64,000 nt of DNA from an uncultured Alphaproteobacteria bacterium (GTDB lineage Bacteria > Pseudomonadota > Alphaproteobacteria > Paracaedibacterales > CAITNM01): contig CAIQTY010000051.1 in the NCBI GenBank assembly GCA_903874955.1, positions 2,686-66,685 on the forward strand, given 5' to 3'. The translations under genes and the position numbers were made by a program. Position 1 is the first letter of the stretch, and every line of letters starts with the position of its first letter. Below the pieces are notes generated by a model, which did no database searches, was not told the DNA's origin, and saw only the letters and a list, made by a program, of their open reading frames with translations. Positions 21,549-32,500 of this stretch are shown piece by piece.

Positions 21549-23086
21549 GTGCTACAAATGCAAAATTTTGCATTGTCTGGTTTAAGCGTGATTTACGCAT
21601 TGCTGACCACGAACCGCTAGCAAAGGCTTGCGCAACTGGCCTACCTATTTTGCCCCTATACATTCTAGAGCCTACCTATTGGATGCTACCTGATGTATCA
21701 TGCCGTCATTGGCATTTTATTTACGATTCTTTATGCGAACTTCAAAATGCGCTGGTCCAAAAAGGAGTTCCTCTTATTATTCGGGTAGGGGATGTCACTG
21801 AGATTTTTGAAAACCTGCGCAATCAATTTGGTAAATTCCAATTATTTTCCCATGAGGAGACCGGAAATGGTTGGACTTATAAGCGTGATAGGGAAGTTGC
21901 TGCCTGGTGCAGTTCCCATGGAATTTTTTGGAAGGAATTTCAATCGAATGGTGTTGTTAGAAAACTTGTAAATCGCGACCTTTGGGCGGATCTTAGGAAC
22001 GCAGCTATGTGCAAACTAGTTATAGCAACCCCACAAAAAATCTATGCTTTACCGAGTGTTCCAACCCAAGAAATTCCAACAAAAGATCACCTGATGTTTG
22101 GTGCAACCGGGATAGGTAATGTCCAAAGGGGAGGGCGTGCACAGGGATTAAGTATTCTAGAATCTTTCTTAAAAGAGCGTGGTCGCTGTTATATGCAAAC
22201 GATTTCGAAACCCGGCGTATCGGCTAGAAATTGTTCCAGATTATCAGCTCATATATCCTATGGGACTCTATCGATTAAAGAAATCGAACAAGCAACACGC
22301 CTTAAAATAAAACAGTTAAGCCAATCCCGTAACGAATTTAATATCAGCTTTGTAAGTAATTTATCGGCTTTTTTATCAAGGCTCGCGTGGCGGTGTCATT
22401 TTGTGCAAAAGCTTGAACAACAACCTAGTATTGAATTTTCATGCATGCATCCTGCTTTTGAAGGAATGCGAGAAAATCAATTTAACGATCGGTATTTTAG
22501 GGCATGGCAAGAAGGTAAAACGGGTTATCCATTAGTAGATGCGTGTATGCGTTCTCTTCATCAAAATGGTTGGATTACCTTTAGAATGCGTGCCATGCTT
22601 GTAAGCTTTGCAAGTTACCATCTTTGGCTTGATTGGCGGCAAACAGCTCCTTTTATGGCAAAGCTGTTTACCGATTATGAACCTGGCATTCATTACAGTC
22701 AGTTTCAAATGCAATCAGGAGTAACAGGTATTAATGCTGTGCGAATTTATAATCCGATTAAGCAATCGATCGACCAAGATCCAGAAGGGACGTTCATTAA
22801 ACGTTATGTGCCTGAGCTTGGGGAGGTTTCCAAAACTTGGATTCATGAATCTTGGAGGAATCCTTGTCCTCCAAAAGACTACCCTAAACCGATTGTTGAC
22901 CTTGTCCAGGCTACTAAATATGCTCGAGATCAAATAAGTAGCCATCACAAAACAGAGGGCTTTAGGGACGATGCTAACATTGTTAAACAAAAACTTGCGA
23001 GCCGCAAAATCACGAGTCCAAAAAGGGTTTTTACCAAAAAGCAAAAGGATGTAACTTTGTCAAAACAACGAGAATTTAAATTTTAA
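21545..23086 (+). CDS. cryptochrome/deoxyribodipyrimidine photolyase family protein
   Basis: [17 protein letters not shown]-terminus, [14 protein letters not shown]...[16 protein letters not shown] and [32 protein letters not shown] (FAD-binding domain). Confidence 0.85.
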   Translation: MSATNAKFCIVWFKRDLRIADHEPLAKACATGLPILPLYILEPTYWMLPDVSCRHWHFIYDSLCELQNALVQKGVPLIIRVGDVTEIFENLRNQFGKFQLFSHEETGNGWTYKRDREVAAWCSSHGIFWKEFQSNGVVRKLVNRDLWADLRNAAMCKLVIATPQKIYALPSVPTQEIPTKDHLMFGATGIGNVQRGGRAQGLSILESFLKERGRCYMQTISKPGVSARNCSRLSAHISYGTLSIKEIEQATRLKIKQLSQSRNEFNISFVSNLSAFLSRLAWRCHFVQKLEQQPSIEFSCMHPAFEGMRENQFNDRYFRAWQEGKTGYPLVDACMRSLHQNGWITFRMRAMLVSFASYHLWLDWRQTAPFMAKLFTDYEPGIHYSQFQMQSGVTGINAVRIYNPIKQSIDQDPEGTFIKRYVPELGEVSKTWIHESWRNPCPPKDYPKPIVDLVQATKYARDQISSHHKTEGFRDDANIVKQKLASRKITSPKRVFTKKQKDVTLSKQREFKF

Positions 23087-23257
23087 ATTATCCCAAGAGA
23101 CATTTTAGTCTTTCTTCTAACAAATAAGATTACGAATTGTGCAAGTTTTTTTGTGATGAGAAATTGCAAAGCTCATAGGAAATTATTTAGATAAAGTTGC
23201 TTAAAACTTTAATCATCCAAACGACCCATGATCCTAGAAGAGTTTATCATTAAAACC

Positions 23258-23437
23258 TGTATATATGTGATGGCTTTCCAATACCCATATGCCACATCAA
23301 GCGTTACAAACGTTCAAAAAAAGATGACCATTTTTTTGGTTTCAATGGGCATATTGTTATTACGCAGCGTGGCAATGCTGTTGCTTATTAACTTACGGCA
23401 GCCAATGTTGACGAGCGTGATATTGTGCCAGAAATAG
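23258..23437 (+). pseudogene. internal fragment of an IS982-like DDE transposase, with an in-frame stop
   Basis: This frame (not the tracked ORF frame) reads LYICDGFPIPICHIKRYKRSKKDDHFFGFNGHIVITQRGNAVAY*LTAANVDERDIVPEIATN*. That resembles the DSFPLPVC...YFGYKxH...G...xTPANxxDR block of IS982-family transposases. A stop codon bounds it upstream. Confidence 0.45.
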
Positions 23438-23597
23438 CTACTAATTGACCCATCTTTTTTTGTTTTACTCAGTGTATTAAGTATTTTTACTTATATCTTA
23501 AGTTCCATTAGAGTCCCCCGAAATATGTCTTATTCATGTCCTTTTTGCTGTCCAATTTTTTGGGACTATAATGGGGATTCTTCCACAGGACCTGTAG

Positions 23598-24470
23598 CTA
23601 TGACCTTAATTGGTTTTTTAAGAGCTGTCTGTTCTTATACCAATCTCTATCGTCCGCATAATCCATTTTTCTTAAAAAGGACGTCATATCAGATATAAAA
23701 GGATAGTCAAATGTCGGACCCCAACCACCTAAATATTTAGGAAAATTAAGATTTCCCGCCCTTAGTAACTCAACAGCATAAGAATGTGAGGCTCTATTAT
23801 ACCCAAACATTGTTTTTAGTTTAGGTATCTTTTGATCCCCTAACGCTTTTTGGGTGATTCTCATTGCATCAATCGCTAAAATTGGTTTTGTAAAAAACGT
23901 TTTATAAAAAACTTCCTTACCGTTCTCTGGTTCATGATTGGGACACATCTTTCTTCTTATCGTTTCAAAATCAATAATTTGGACCTGACCGTCGGCTAGA
24001 CTAAAGCCTATACAATAGAACCTACTATCTTTAAAAGGAGAGCCATTATCATTTGAGCGGATGCGAAAGCTTTGTTTTATATTTATATCTGATGTTACAG
24101 TTTCACTCGGATAGGAAAAATTGATTTTATTTTTATTTTGGTATAAATCATTATCATCTCTTACAAGATTAACTCCAAGAAAGTCTGGAATAGAAACTCT
24201 TTGTTCTACAATAACTTCTCCTGATCTTAGACAAAAAGTATCAGACACGGGTTCAAGGATAGTATCTGAGAAGACAACAGCAACAATCACATTGCTAAGC
24301 TGTTTTTGTAAATCCTCAGAGATAAGCACGTTAACACTCGAAACCCCTTCTGCAAGAAATCCATCACTAAAAGGGTCATAATAACCAAATCTCTCAGCGG
24401 TCGATGCCTCAATTCTTATTGCAAAAAAATAGCTGATAATAGCAAAAGTATGCAGTTTTGATATCTTCAT
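23598..24470 (-). CDS. hypothetical secreted protein, 3' partner of the TIR gene
   Basis: 290-aa ORF with leader MKISKLHTFAIISYFFAIRIEAS. It starts 14 bp after the stop of the TIR gene on the same strand. No family recognised. Confidence 0.55.
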   Translation of the reverse strand: MKISKLHTFAIISYFFAIRIEASTAERFGYYDPFSDGFLAEGVSSVNVLISEDLQKQLSNVIVAVVFSDTILEPVSDTFCLRSGEVIVEQRVSIPDFLGVNLVRDDNDLYQNKNKINFSYPSETVTSDINIKQSFRIRSNDNGSPFKDSRFYCIGFSLADGQVQIIDFETIRRKMCPNHEPENGKEVFYKTFFTKPILAIDAMRITQKALGDQKIPKLKTMFGYNRASHSYAVELLRAGNLNFPKYLGGWGPTFDYPFISDMTSFLRKMDYADDRDWYKNRQLLKNQLRS

Positions 24471-24483
24471 TTTATTCTCCTTG

Positions 24484-25395
24484 TTAATTGATTTGATCGT
24501 AAAATCTCATTACAAAAATCGTAATTATGGCGCTTCCTATCGCAATGCAGAAACTTTTTGTATGTTCAAGTATAGGATGATTTTTCACAAATTTGTCTTT
24601 CCAGTAGTCCTGAAAAGACTGATACACAATAGGATCGACCTTAAAATTTTTGCTTGTGGGATTCACAAAGGCTGGCTTATTTTTCTGCTTTGGATCAACA
24701 AGTATTTTCTCGATTAGAATATCAATGACATTATCCTGATAATTTTTTTCAACTGAAAAATCTTTATACAAATACTCTTCTTTAGTGGTTTTTTTAGTTT
24801 GGTTAGCAGGCTGAATTAAGTCAGTAACAGCCAGTCTTTGTTCATCAGATAAGCCAATGTAAACTGGAATATAGAAGAAATTTTCATTATTTAATCTTTT
24901 TTTGATTATATCTATTTCCTTCTTTATCCACGAGTTTTGCTTGTATTGCTCTAATAAATGTGGGGTTACTACCAACACAACAAAAAAATCTGGTCGTTCT
25001 ATATTGCTTATGTATTCAGGTATGCTACTGCCTGTAGAAAGGTCTTTGACATCCAAGTAAGTTTTAACACCTGCCCGCAACAGATCGTTATTAAGCCTAA
25101 GTACAAATCTGTTATGTTGATGTCTTAGATCTTCTTCCCATGCACGGCTAATAAAACAATTTATGTTTCTATCTCCAATTGAGGTCTTAGCGAGAGATAA
25201 AACCCTTTCATATCCTATGCCTTGTGTCATTGAATGTGGACTAATTGATACGGGAAGATCATCTGCTTCATAAAGTAGACTTAAATTTGAACTATCTGCT
25301 GCACTAAGCTTCAGTGGAAAGATAACTGTCAGCACAACGAGCACTAAGAAAATGAACTTTTTAAGCACAAGGACAGTCGTCTTACAATTTTTCAT
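24484..25395 (-). CDS. TIR-domain protein with an N-terminal leader and a C-terminal hydrophobic anchor
   Basis: Leader FIFLVLVVLTVIFPLKLSA. The TIR core is CFISRAWEED...FVLRLNNDLLRAGVKTYLDVKDLSTGSSIPEYISN..RPDFFVVLVTPHLL. NSWIKKEIDII matches the SARM1-type DWVHKEI catalytic-Glu motif. The C-terminal segment is FCIAIGSAIITIFVM. Confidence 0.7.
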   Translation of the reverse strand: MKNCKTTVLVLKKFIFLVLVVLTVIFPLKLSAADSSNLSLLYEADDLPVSISPHSMTQGIGYERVLSLAKTSIGDRNINCFISRAWEEDLRHQHNRFVLRLNNDLLRAGVKTYLDVKDLSTGSSIPEYISNIERPDFFVVLVVTPHLLEQYKQNSWIKKEIDIIKKRLNNENFFYIPVYIGLSDEQRLAVTDLIQPANQTKKTTKEEYLYKDFSVEKNYQDNVIDILIEKILVDPKQKNKPAFVNPTSKNFKVDPIVYQSFQDYWKDKFVKNHPILEHTKSFCIAIGSAIITIFVMRFYDQIN

Positions 25396-25716
25396 ATTAA
25401 TTAAATAAATAAATAATCATAACCAGATTACACCTCAAATGAAATAATTAAAGTCAATTGAAATTTTGATAATTATTTACTTATCGTGCTAGGATCATTG
25501 CCTCTAATTGGAGAAACTGTGGTGTGCCTTAGGATGCTGCAAAACAGATGGACGTACTATATTTAGATGCGTTGGTCACTCGATGCTACAGAGCTATGAG
25601 AAGTCTTAATAAGTCTGTAGAGAACATAATAATACTTATATTTTATGCGGCTCCCTGGTAAACAATCGCTCTTTATAATTTCTAAAACTATGGATAGAAT
25701 CCCTTTTTTGCACAGA

Positions 25717-28700
25717 CTATTCCGCATATTTTAAATGGCTAAGTAAAACAAAGTCGTTCCTACCTTCTTCTGGTGTTTGTTTCAGAATTTCAACAAAACC
25801 ATTGAGGCTATTGAAATTAAATAACTTTTTATTTTCTGTAAGAATTTCTTTCAGAGGATTAATAATACTAGCTCTGTCGTTTGATTCAATTGAGATTACT
25901 AGTTTTATAAGATCTGGAGCATTCCTATATTTCTTGATCTCGTATAACGAATTGGCATAAATCATAATTTCTTCTCTTTCATCTGCTCTTATCGAAGCAA
26001 TAGCTTCAAAAATTTCACGGTATTCATAAGTCTCTGAAAAAGCAAGTGCATGTCCTATTGCGTTATCAGTGTCATCAGTATCTTTGTCACTCCATCCTTG
26101 TAAAGCTTCCATAAGCCTGCATTTAGTATCTGTTGAAGATATCTCAGGATGCCGCAGGATAACATTTGTTATTCTTGCTATATCATCTTGCAAGGAATCA
26201 AGAGTTCGAATGATTTTTCTGACATTTTCAGCTTCTGAAGTATTCCCTGAAAGCAATTTCGTACAATATAAAATGTCATCTCTTTTTTGTGCTGCAACAT
26301 TAGAGAAAATCTCCATAATGTCATGATATTGCCCTTCATTCTGAGCATAAATATTCATTTGTGATACTTGATTACAAAAAACTTCCCATGAATCTGGAAA
26401 AACTTCAGAAAAAGCAATAATTTGTGAGCCTAGTTCATCATCTGTTCTGGCATTTCGTTTGATATTTTCAGCTTTTTCTAGAAATTCTGGCCAATCAGCA
26501 CGGTCTTGAACTTTAGCAACGGCTTTTATAATTTTCTCTATATTTCGTCCATTCATAGTTTTAGTGATTATCTGAGCTGACTTAGCAGCAGCACTCTCTT
26601 TTTTGCCCCTAGAAATCTGGCGCAAGGCTTCAAAGATATGTTTAGCACCATTTGGTGATATCAATCTATCCTTAAGTATAATAGAAGCTGCTACAGTTTC
26701 TTTTAAATTAGCTTTTACTGTTGAATCCAAGTAACCACCATAGCGACCTCCTAGCGCCAGAAGAATTTCGAAACATTCTTGCCCGTCAGCATTTTCAGGC
26801 AAAAAAGGATAAGCTACTTCTAACAAAAATTCGCAGTCTTTATACGAAACACTAAGACCTTCAGCTAAAGAATTTACGAAACTAAAATCTTGTCTATTGC
26901 TTTTCATTCTAGATTCCGCTCTATACCTGGACAAAACCATTGGATATGTCGTATCCATAATGGTTTCAACCAGCGATTCTAGCTCTACATGGCCCTTTTG
27001 CAAGTTTTCGTTTGGAATACCTCCTGTTGTCTGCTGAGCGCTTAGCTCCTCTATATATTTTTTTATGCTTTTAAGATGTCTATAAATTTTGTGAGAACTT
27101 GAATTAACTCTAATAAGCTCATCAATTGATAATTCTCTCGGGAATATAGAAAATAGACCCATACCATACTGTCCATCTTTTACCCTCCAAAGCTTTATCC
27201 ATTGCTCTTGCAATTCATTTAGTGTCCATTGAATCGTTCCCTTATTTTGTTGATCAATTCTCTCAACCAGTTGCACCAGACGATGAACCGTAACTTTTTC
27301 CTGTGCACCATATTTGACCATAGAATATCGCTGTAGCTGTTTAACGGCTTTTTCTATTTCTTCAATGCTTCCAGCATCGGTCAGAAAAACAAACCATTCA
27401 GGATCAATATGATCCGGCTCAAGATAGGAAAAATATGTTAAAAGTTGATTCGCTAATGGAGATAATTTTTCTGTACTTATTGCCCAGGTAGTTGCAACTG
27501 CATGAGGATAATCTTCCCCTTCAGGATGATAAGAAAGTAAAACAGCGGCTTTACGTATAAAAATTTGGTTATATTCACCAAAGCTTGGTTCTAACATTTC
27601 CCTTATATATCCTGCCGCATGAGACAAAGCCAAAGGAAGGTAACCTAACGTCTCTGATAGTTTTTTAGCTTGCAATAAATTTTCTTCAGTTTCTTCTATA
27701 CCTGTAACACCGAAAAGATATCTAACCGCCTCTTCCTCCTGGAAAACGCCAAGATTTAAGGCGTTAGATGGCAACCATCCATGTTGGTCACGAGAAGTCA
27801 TAAGAATATGACCATTCTTTGCAGGAATTTTATCCTTAATAAACGTCGTAGATGGAACGTTATCCAAAATTAAAAGCCACCTTTTTTTGGGGAGGTTTTG
27901 AATAATACTGCTGATTATGGATCTATTATCTGAACCTACAGTAATGCCTAGAGCCTCAAGAAGTGTTTTATAATCTTGAACCATGGCTTCTTCTGTTTCA
28001 CTACGAATCCAGTATATCACCTCATAGCCATTATTTCTGTACGCTTCGTAAGCATAAGCTAGCGCTAGTTGGCTTTTTCCTATTCCACCCATGCCAGTAA
28101 TTGTATATTTTACAAAATCACCAACAAGAGATTTCCAAACCGTTGTCAAATAACTTTCTGTTGCCCCAGGAGAAGAACTTTCAATAAAAGAATCATTTTC
28201 TGGGGGAAGGTAAAAAGGTGTTACGTAAGGAAAAATCTGCCTCCAATTTCTATCAACTAGATAAGGTTCGTCCAATTCACTTTGCCCAGATTGAAACACA
28301 TTCGCTAAAATTTTAGGTCTCTTTTTATCTCTAAACTCAATTTCTAGAGCACTTCTATCCAATAAAGTTTTAATTTCAACTAATTTTGGGTGACTCCTAA
28401 AAAAACGTTGTTCAAATAAAGGCCACATTTCTTCCCAAAATATTGCTGAATCAAATTTTCCAGTTTCAAGATTTATAGAATCCAAATATTTATACTCTTC
28501 TAGTTGTTCAGGTACTGCTGTTTCGTGTTTTCCTGCCATCAACACAGGAATTAAAAAATCAGTATTTTTGGTTTTTCTTATTCGTCGTTCAACGTGTTTC
28601 AGCTCCTCAGGATAAAACGGACCATTATCAAGCACTTTTTGCTTGCCTAAGGGAGTTAAAATAAACAAAACAAAATCACTATTCTCAACGCCATTCTTCA

Positions 28701-29061
28701 TAAACTCAAAGATATTTTCGCCAGGCTCTAGATCTCCATTCTCATCATAAATAGCTTTGATTCCCATTAATTTTAGGTTTGTTACTATGCGTTTTTGCTC
28801 TCTCAAAACATCTAGGTCTTCTCCGTCATTACAGTGAGCGATAAAACACGTTGGTCCACTGTTACCAACAATCGCTCCCAGAGAACTAAGATAACTATGT
28901 AATCTCTCATCCGAACCTACAGGAAATTTAGGTGCTTCTTTATAAGGATTTGGTTTAGCATTAGTGTTTCCGGCATCAAGAACTGTCGGGAAAAAAGCTA
29001 CTGAAAGAAGCCCTAATAAGAAATGTTTTTTGCAAGTAAAATATGATTTATTGTTCTTCAT
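25717..29061 (-). CDS. TIR / NB-ARC (STAND NTPase) / helical-repeat protein with a Sec-type leader
   Basis: Start taken at MKNNKSYFTCKKHFLLGLLSVAFFPTVLDAG. A TIR-like block (TCFIAHCNDGED...DFVLFILTP...FLIPVLMAG) is followed by NB-ARC motifs: P-loop TGMGGIGKSQLA, Walker B RWLLILDNV, HILMTSRD, and a GLPL-like LGYLPLALSHAAGYI. The C-terminal ~330 aa consist of ~35-aa helical repeats. Confidence 0.75.
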   Translation of the reverse strand: MKNNKSYFTCKKHFLLGLLSVAFFPTVLDAGNTNAKPNPYKEAPKFPVGSDERLHSYLSSLGAIVGNSGPTCFIAHCNDGEDLDVLREQKRIVTNLKLMGIKAIYDENGDLEPGENIFEFMKNGVENSDFVLFILTPLGKQKVLDNGPFYPEELKHVERRIRKTKNTDFLIPVLMAGKHETAVPEQLEEYKYLDSINLETGKFDSAIFWEEMWPLFEQRFFRSHPKLVEIKTLLDRSALEIEFRDKKRPKILANVFQSGQSELDEPYLVDRNWRQIFPYVTPFYLPPENDSFIESSSPGATESYLTTVWKSLVGDFVKYTITGMGGIGKSQLALAYAYEAYRNNGYEVIYWIRSETEEAMVQDYKTLLEALGITVGSDNRSIISSIIQNLPKKRWLLILDNVPSTTFIKDKIPAKNGHILMTSRDQHGWLPSNALNLGVFQEEEAVRYLFGVTGIEETEENLLQAKKLSETLGYLPLALSHAAGYIREMLEPSFGEYNQIFIRKAAVLLSYHPEGEDYPHAVATTWAISTEKLSPLANQLLTYFSYLEPDHIDPEWFVFLTDAGSIEEIEKAVKQLQRYSMVKYGAQEKVTVHRLVQLVERIDQQNKGTIQWTLNELQEQWIKLWRVKDGQYGMGLFSIFPRELSIDELIRVNSSSHKIYRHLKSIKKYIEELSAQQTTGGIPNENLQKGHVELESLVETIMDTTYPMVLSRYRAESRMKSNRQDFSFVNSLAEGLSVSYKDCEFLLEVAYPFLPENADGQECFEILLALGGRYGGYLDSTVKANLKETVAASIILKDRLISPNGAKHIFEALRQISRGKKESAAAKSAQIITKTMNGRNIEKIIKAVAKVQDRADWPEFLEKAENIKRNARTDDELGSQIIAFSEVFPDSWEVFCNQVSQMNIYAQNEGQYHDIMEIFSNVAAQKRDDILYCTKLLSGNTSEAENVRKIIRTLDSLQDDIARITNVILRHPEISSTDTKCRLMEALQGWSDKDTDDTDNAIGHALAFSETYEYREIFEAIASIRADEREEIMIYANSLYEIKKYRNAPDLIKLVISIESNDRASIINPLKEILTENKKLFNFNSLNGFVEILKQTPEEGRNDFVLLSHLKYAE

Positions 29062-29560
29062 GTTCAGGATGCTGTAACTTTCTAGCATTTAGAAAAACTG
29101 ATTAAAACGATCCCAGCCAATTGAAATTACAAGCTTTTTTCACTTGAAAGTTATAGAAAAACAAACCGTGAACTTTTTTACAAATTTCTCTTTATGTTTT
29201 TACGTCCTGAAAAGGTCCCTTTACTGAAAACAACTTGGCGAATTTCATTCACCAGTGAGTTCTCAACGGACGAGTATAAAATACAAAGTATCTGCAGCAA
29301 AAAGAATCCGATTAACCTTAATGCCTCTTTTTTCATAAGTTTCCTCATGTGTTAGGTGTTATGCGGTGATCAATTAAAGTAATCAGCGCGTTCCACTTCT
29401 TGACGAGGCAACCGTAAGGAAAAAGATAAAGGTATTTTATCCGCAGAATCCCCCTAAAAGCATCCCTTAGGTAAAAAACCCCTAGAAATAAAAACTTAAG
29501 GTGGGCTAGGGTGTACTTCGATAACGATTAGGCATATATTCTTGCGTATGATCATTATAG

Positions 29561-32500
29561 ATGCATAACGTGCAATATCCTTCTCGCTCTGGTTCCGATG
29601 ATTTTAAGCAATTAAAAATAATTCGGGGAGTATCACTTTCTCCTAGGGAGATCGATGTTCTGGCTTGCCTGCTTAGCGGCAAGGCAATGAAATCGATTGG
29701 GACTCTTTTATCAACTTCCCCTCGAACCGTTGAAACCCATATGCGGTCTATCATGCTTAAATTCGGATGTGGTTCGCGCGAGAAAGTTATTGAGTTCGCC
29801 GAAAAGTCTCTGCAGTTTTCGTCTTTAAAAAACCACTATACGCTATTATTGCGGGAGTCTGCTTTTAAAAAAACCCTGGAAAAAATCGCTGGTTTTACTA
29901 AAAAAAATCCGGCAGCTTCTTTTGTTATTTATGGAGCGCAACAACAGTCGCCTTTTTTGCAAGAGCTTGCAGGTTTTTGTAAAACCGCCGGTCTTGCCAT
30001 TACGGTTACCTATAAAACACCGGCATCATCCCTCTCCGTAGTGGAACTTACGCCAGAGGTGGCAGTGATTTGCAGACAAGAAGGTAGCTTAAATACTCCG
30101 CTACTATTTGTGTCTAATGAATCGGTTTTCGCTTCTGATCTTTTACCAAAGATTAACAATATTGATTTTGTTGATTTTTCCCTTGCGCAAGATTCCACCC
30201 TAAGTAACGCTGAACATTTTTACGGAGCAACATTTGAGGTCTTAAAAAAAATCCTACCCGAAACCCCTGTGGATTCAATTTCAGCTGATTTTTTGGATCA
30301 TCACAATCGAAGTCCATCGACAGTTTTAAAACGTGATTTTTCCGAAAGTATACCGGATGCAAAAGAACGTTCTCCGATTTCGTTGAAGTTAAGTTTTTTA
30401 CCTCGATTAAGGATAGGAGTTTTAGTATTATACATTCTTTTAATCGCTATCGTATATGGATTAAGTCAATACCATTCCAAACAAGATAATCTCGTTAGGT
30501 CTGATTTCGTGCTACCCCATAAAAGTGCTCTGCTTGAGAGAACAAATTTATTATCAAAGATTGAATCTTGTTTTAACACTCAAGAATCTGGTATTAGAAA
30601 TGTCGCTTTAGTTGGCATAGGTGGCGCAGGAAAGACGACTTTATCAAGAATTTACGCACGTACCCACAAATTTCAAGTGATGTGGGAAATCAATTCAGAA
30701 ACAAAAGATCACTTGTTAAATTCTTTTAATGAATTAGCGTCTTTACTAGCAAAATCTAAAGAGCAACGAGAAGAACTCCATCAGATTCAAAGCATCATCA
30801 ATATTAAGCTCAAAGAGAAGCAGCTCCTTGCATTTGTAAAAAGTCGTTTGAAAGAGATTTCAGATTGGTTGTTGATTTACGATAATGTGGACAGTTTTGC
30901 GGACATGAAATCCTATTTTCCCGATGACCCTGAAGTTTGGGGAAATGGCAGAGTAATGATTACAACACGAGATTCCAACATTGCCAACACAAACCAGATA
31001 AGGGCAGAAAATATCGTCAGGCTTGAAGAATTAAGCGCAACTGAAGCCCTTACGTTTTTTTGCAAAATCCTTTACGACCAGCCCGTTGAAAAGTTACCCG
31101 TATTACAGCGAGAGAGAGTATCCCTGCTTTTAAAGAATATTCCTTGCTTTCCTCTAGATATCGCAGCAGCGGCGTACCACATAAAAGATACAGATATCAG
31201 TGTGGAACAATACCTCAAGACAATAAGCACGCCAGCCAATCAAGACTTTGAAGAATTTCAGCAACGTTTGTTTAAGTACTCCATTGACTATGGATTTAGC
31301 AGGTATAAGCTACTAACGCTTTCTTTTGAAAAAATCCTTGAAGAAAATACTGAATTTCAGGAGTTATTATTACTGCTGATTTTATTTGATTCTCAAGACA
31401 TTCCTAAAGACCTTTTGTATGCATACAAACCAGCACATGTCGTAGATACTTTTATTCGAGTTCTGAAAAAACATTCTTTAATAACAACCAGACAACACAA
31501 ATTCGAAAATACCTCCATTTCCACGATTTCATTACACCGGGAAACGCAAAACACCGGGAGAAATTTTCTCCTTAAAGAAATAGACAATAATGCGGCTAAA
31601 ACCATCAATAAAATTGTAACGCAAGCATTAACTTATAGTGAGAACTGTATTAATAGAAATTTCCACCAAGGAATTCTCTTTTTGCCTCATTTACAAGAAT
31701 TGTCGAAGAGTCTTTTAAAAGCAGTTAAGCACCTCCCTTCTTTAAAACCTAATATACCAAAAATTTATTATGCTATTGGCAATACACATTTTAGGTGCAC
31801 GCGCAATTTAATTTTAGCTAAGGACTATTTCATCCAAGCTTTTAATTCTCATATTGATGGAGGAAAAGATTTGGATAGTTTTAGGATAAAACTTCTTTTA
31901 AATCGGCTTACAACTATTTGTAATGATCTAGAACAACCCGATGAAGCAATTTTTTATGCCAAAGAATTCCTAAAACAAAAAGAAGGCCACGATCCACTAA
32001 AAATTGCCAATCTATATGCCCTAGCAAGAGCCTACAATTATAAAAACGATTTTCATGTGTCAAAGATGTACTATGAAAAAGCCTTAAAAATACTCCATAC
32101 CTTTAAAGAAACAAATGGCTCTAGCTTTGAAGCAGAATTAAAAACTTCTCTAGGATTTTCTTTACTTGACTTTGAGTCTGAGATCTATGCTTCCTTAGGC
32201 TGGCTGTATAGTACAACTTTCATTGCATTAGAAAAAGCACAACCAGCATTCGGTTATTTGAAAAAAGCCCTTAAATTAATAAATGCTGAAAAAAGCGTTA
32301 TAGGACAACCTAAAAACAAGGTAATATCAAGTTCTATAGCAAGAATTAGACTAGATATTGGAGACACATACTGTCGTGCTGGTCTTTACGATCAAGCCGA
32401 AAGTGAGGGTTTTAAAGAAGCGGAGTACATCATTGATCATCGTCTTGATGATTGTCCGCACAAACTTTTAAAGGTTTATATTCAAGTAGGTATGAGCGAA

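Noticed and set aside
21469-21663. A 64-aa minus-strand ORF at the phrB/photolyase junction.
   Set aside because: It overlaps the plus-strand DUF2256 mini-ORF and the start of the second photolyase, both of which have clear family motifs and coupled start/stop codons.
23228-23437. The tracked 69-aa ORF (MILEEFIIKTCIYVMAFQYPYATSS...) considered as a real gene.
   Set aside because: A different frame of the same DNA gives transposase-like sequence (DGFPIPIC...FFGFNGH...LTAANVDERD) interrupted by a stop. The tracked ORF is an out-of-frame read-through of an IS remnant.
23598-24470. The idea that the 290-aa protein next to the TIR/STAND/subtilase genes is a bacterial gasdermin.
   Set aside because: Its size and neighbourhood are suggestive, but it has an N-terminal export leader and I see no gasdermin-like sequence features. 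There is no basis beyond context, so it is left as hypothetical.
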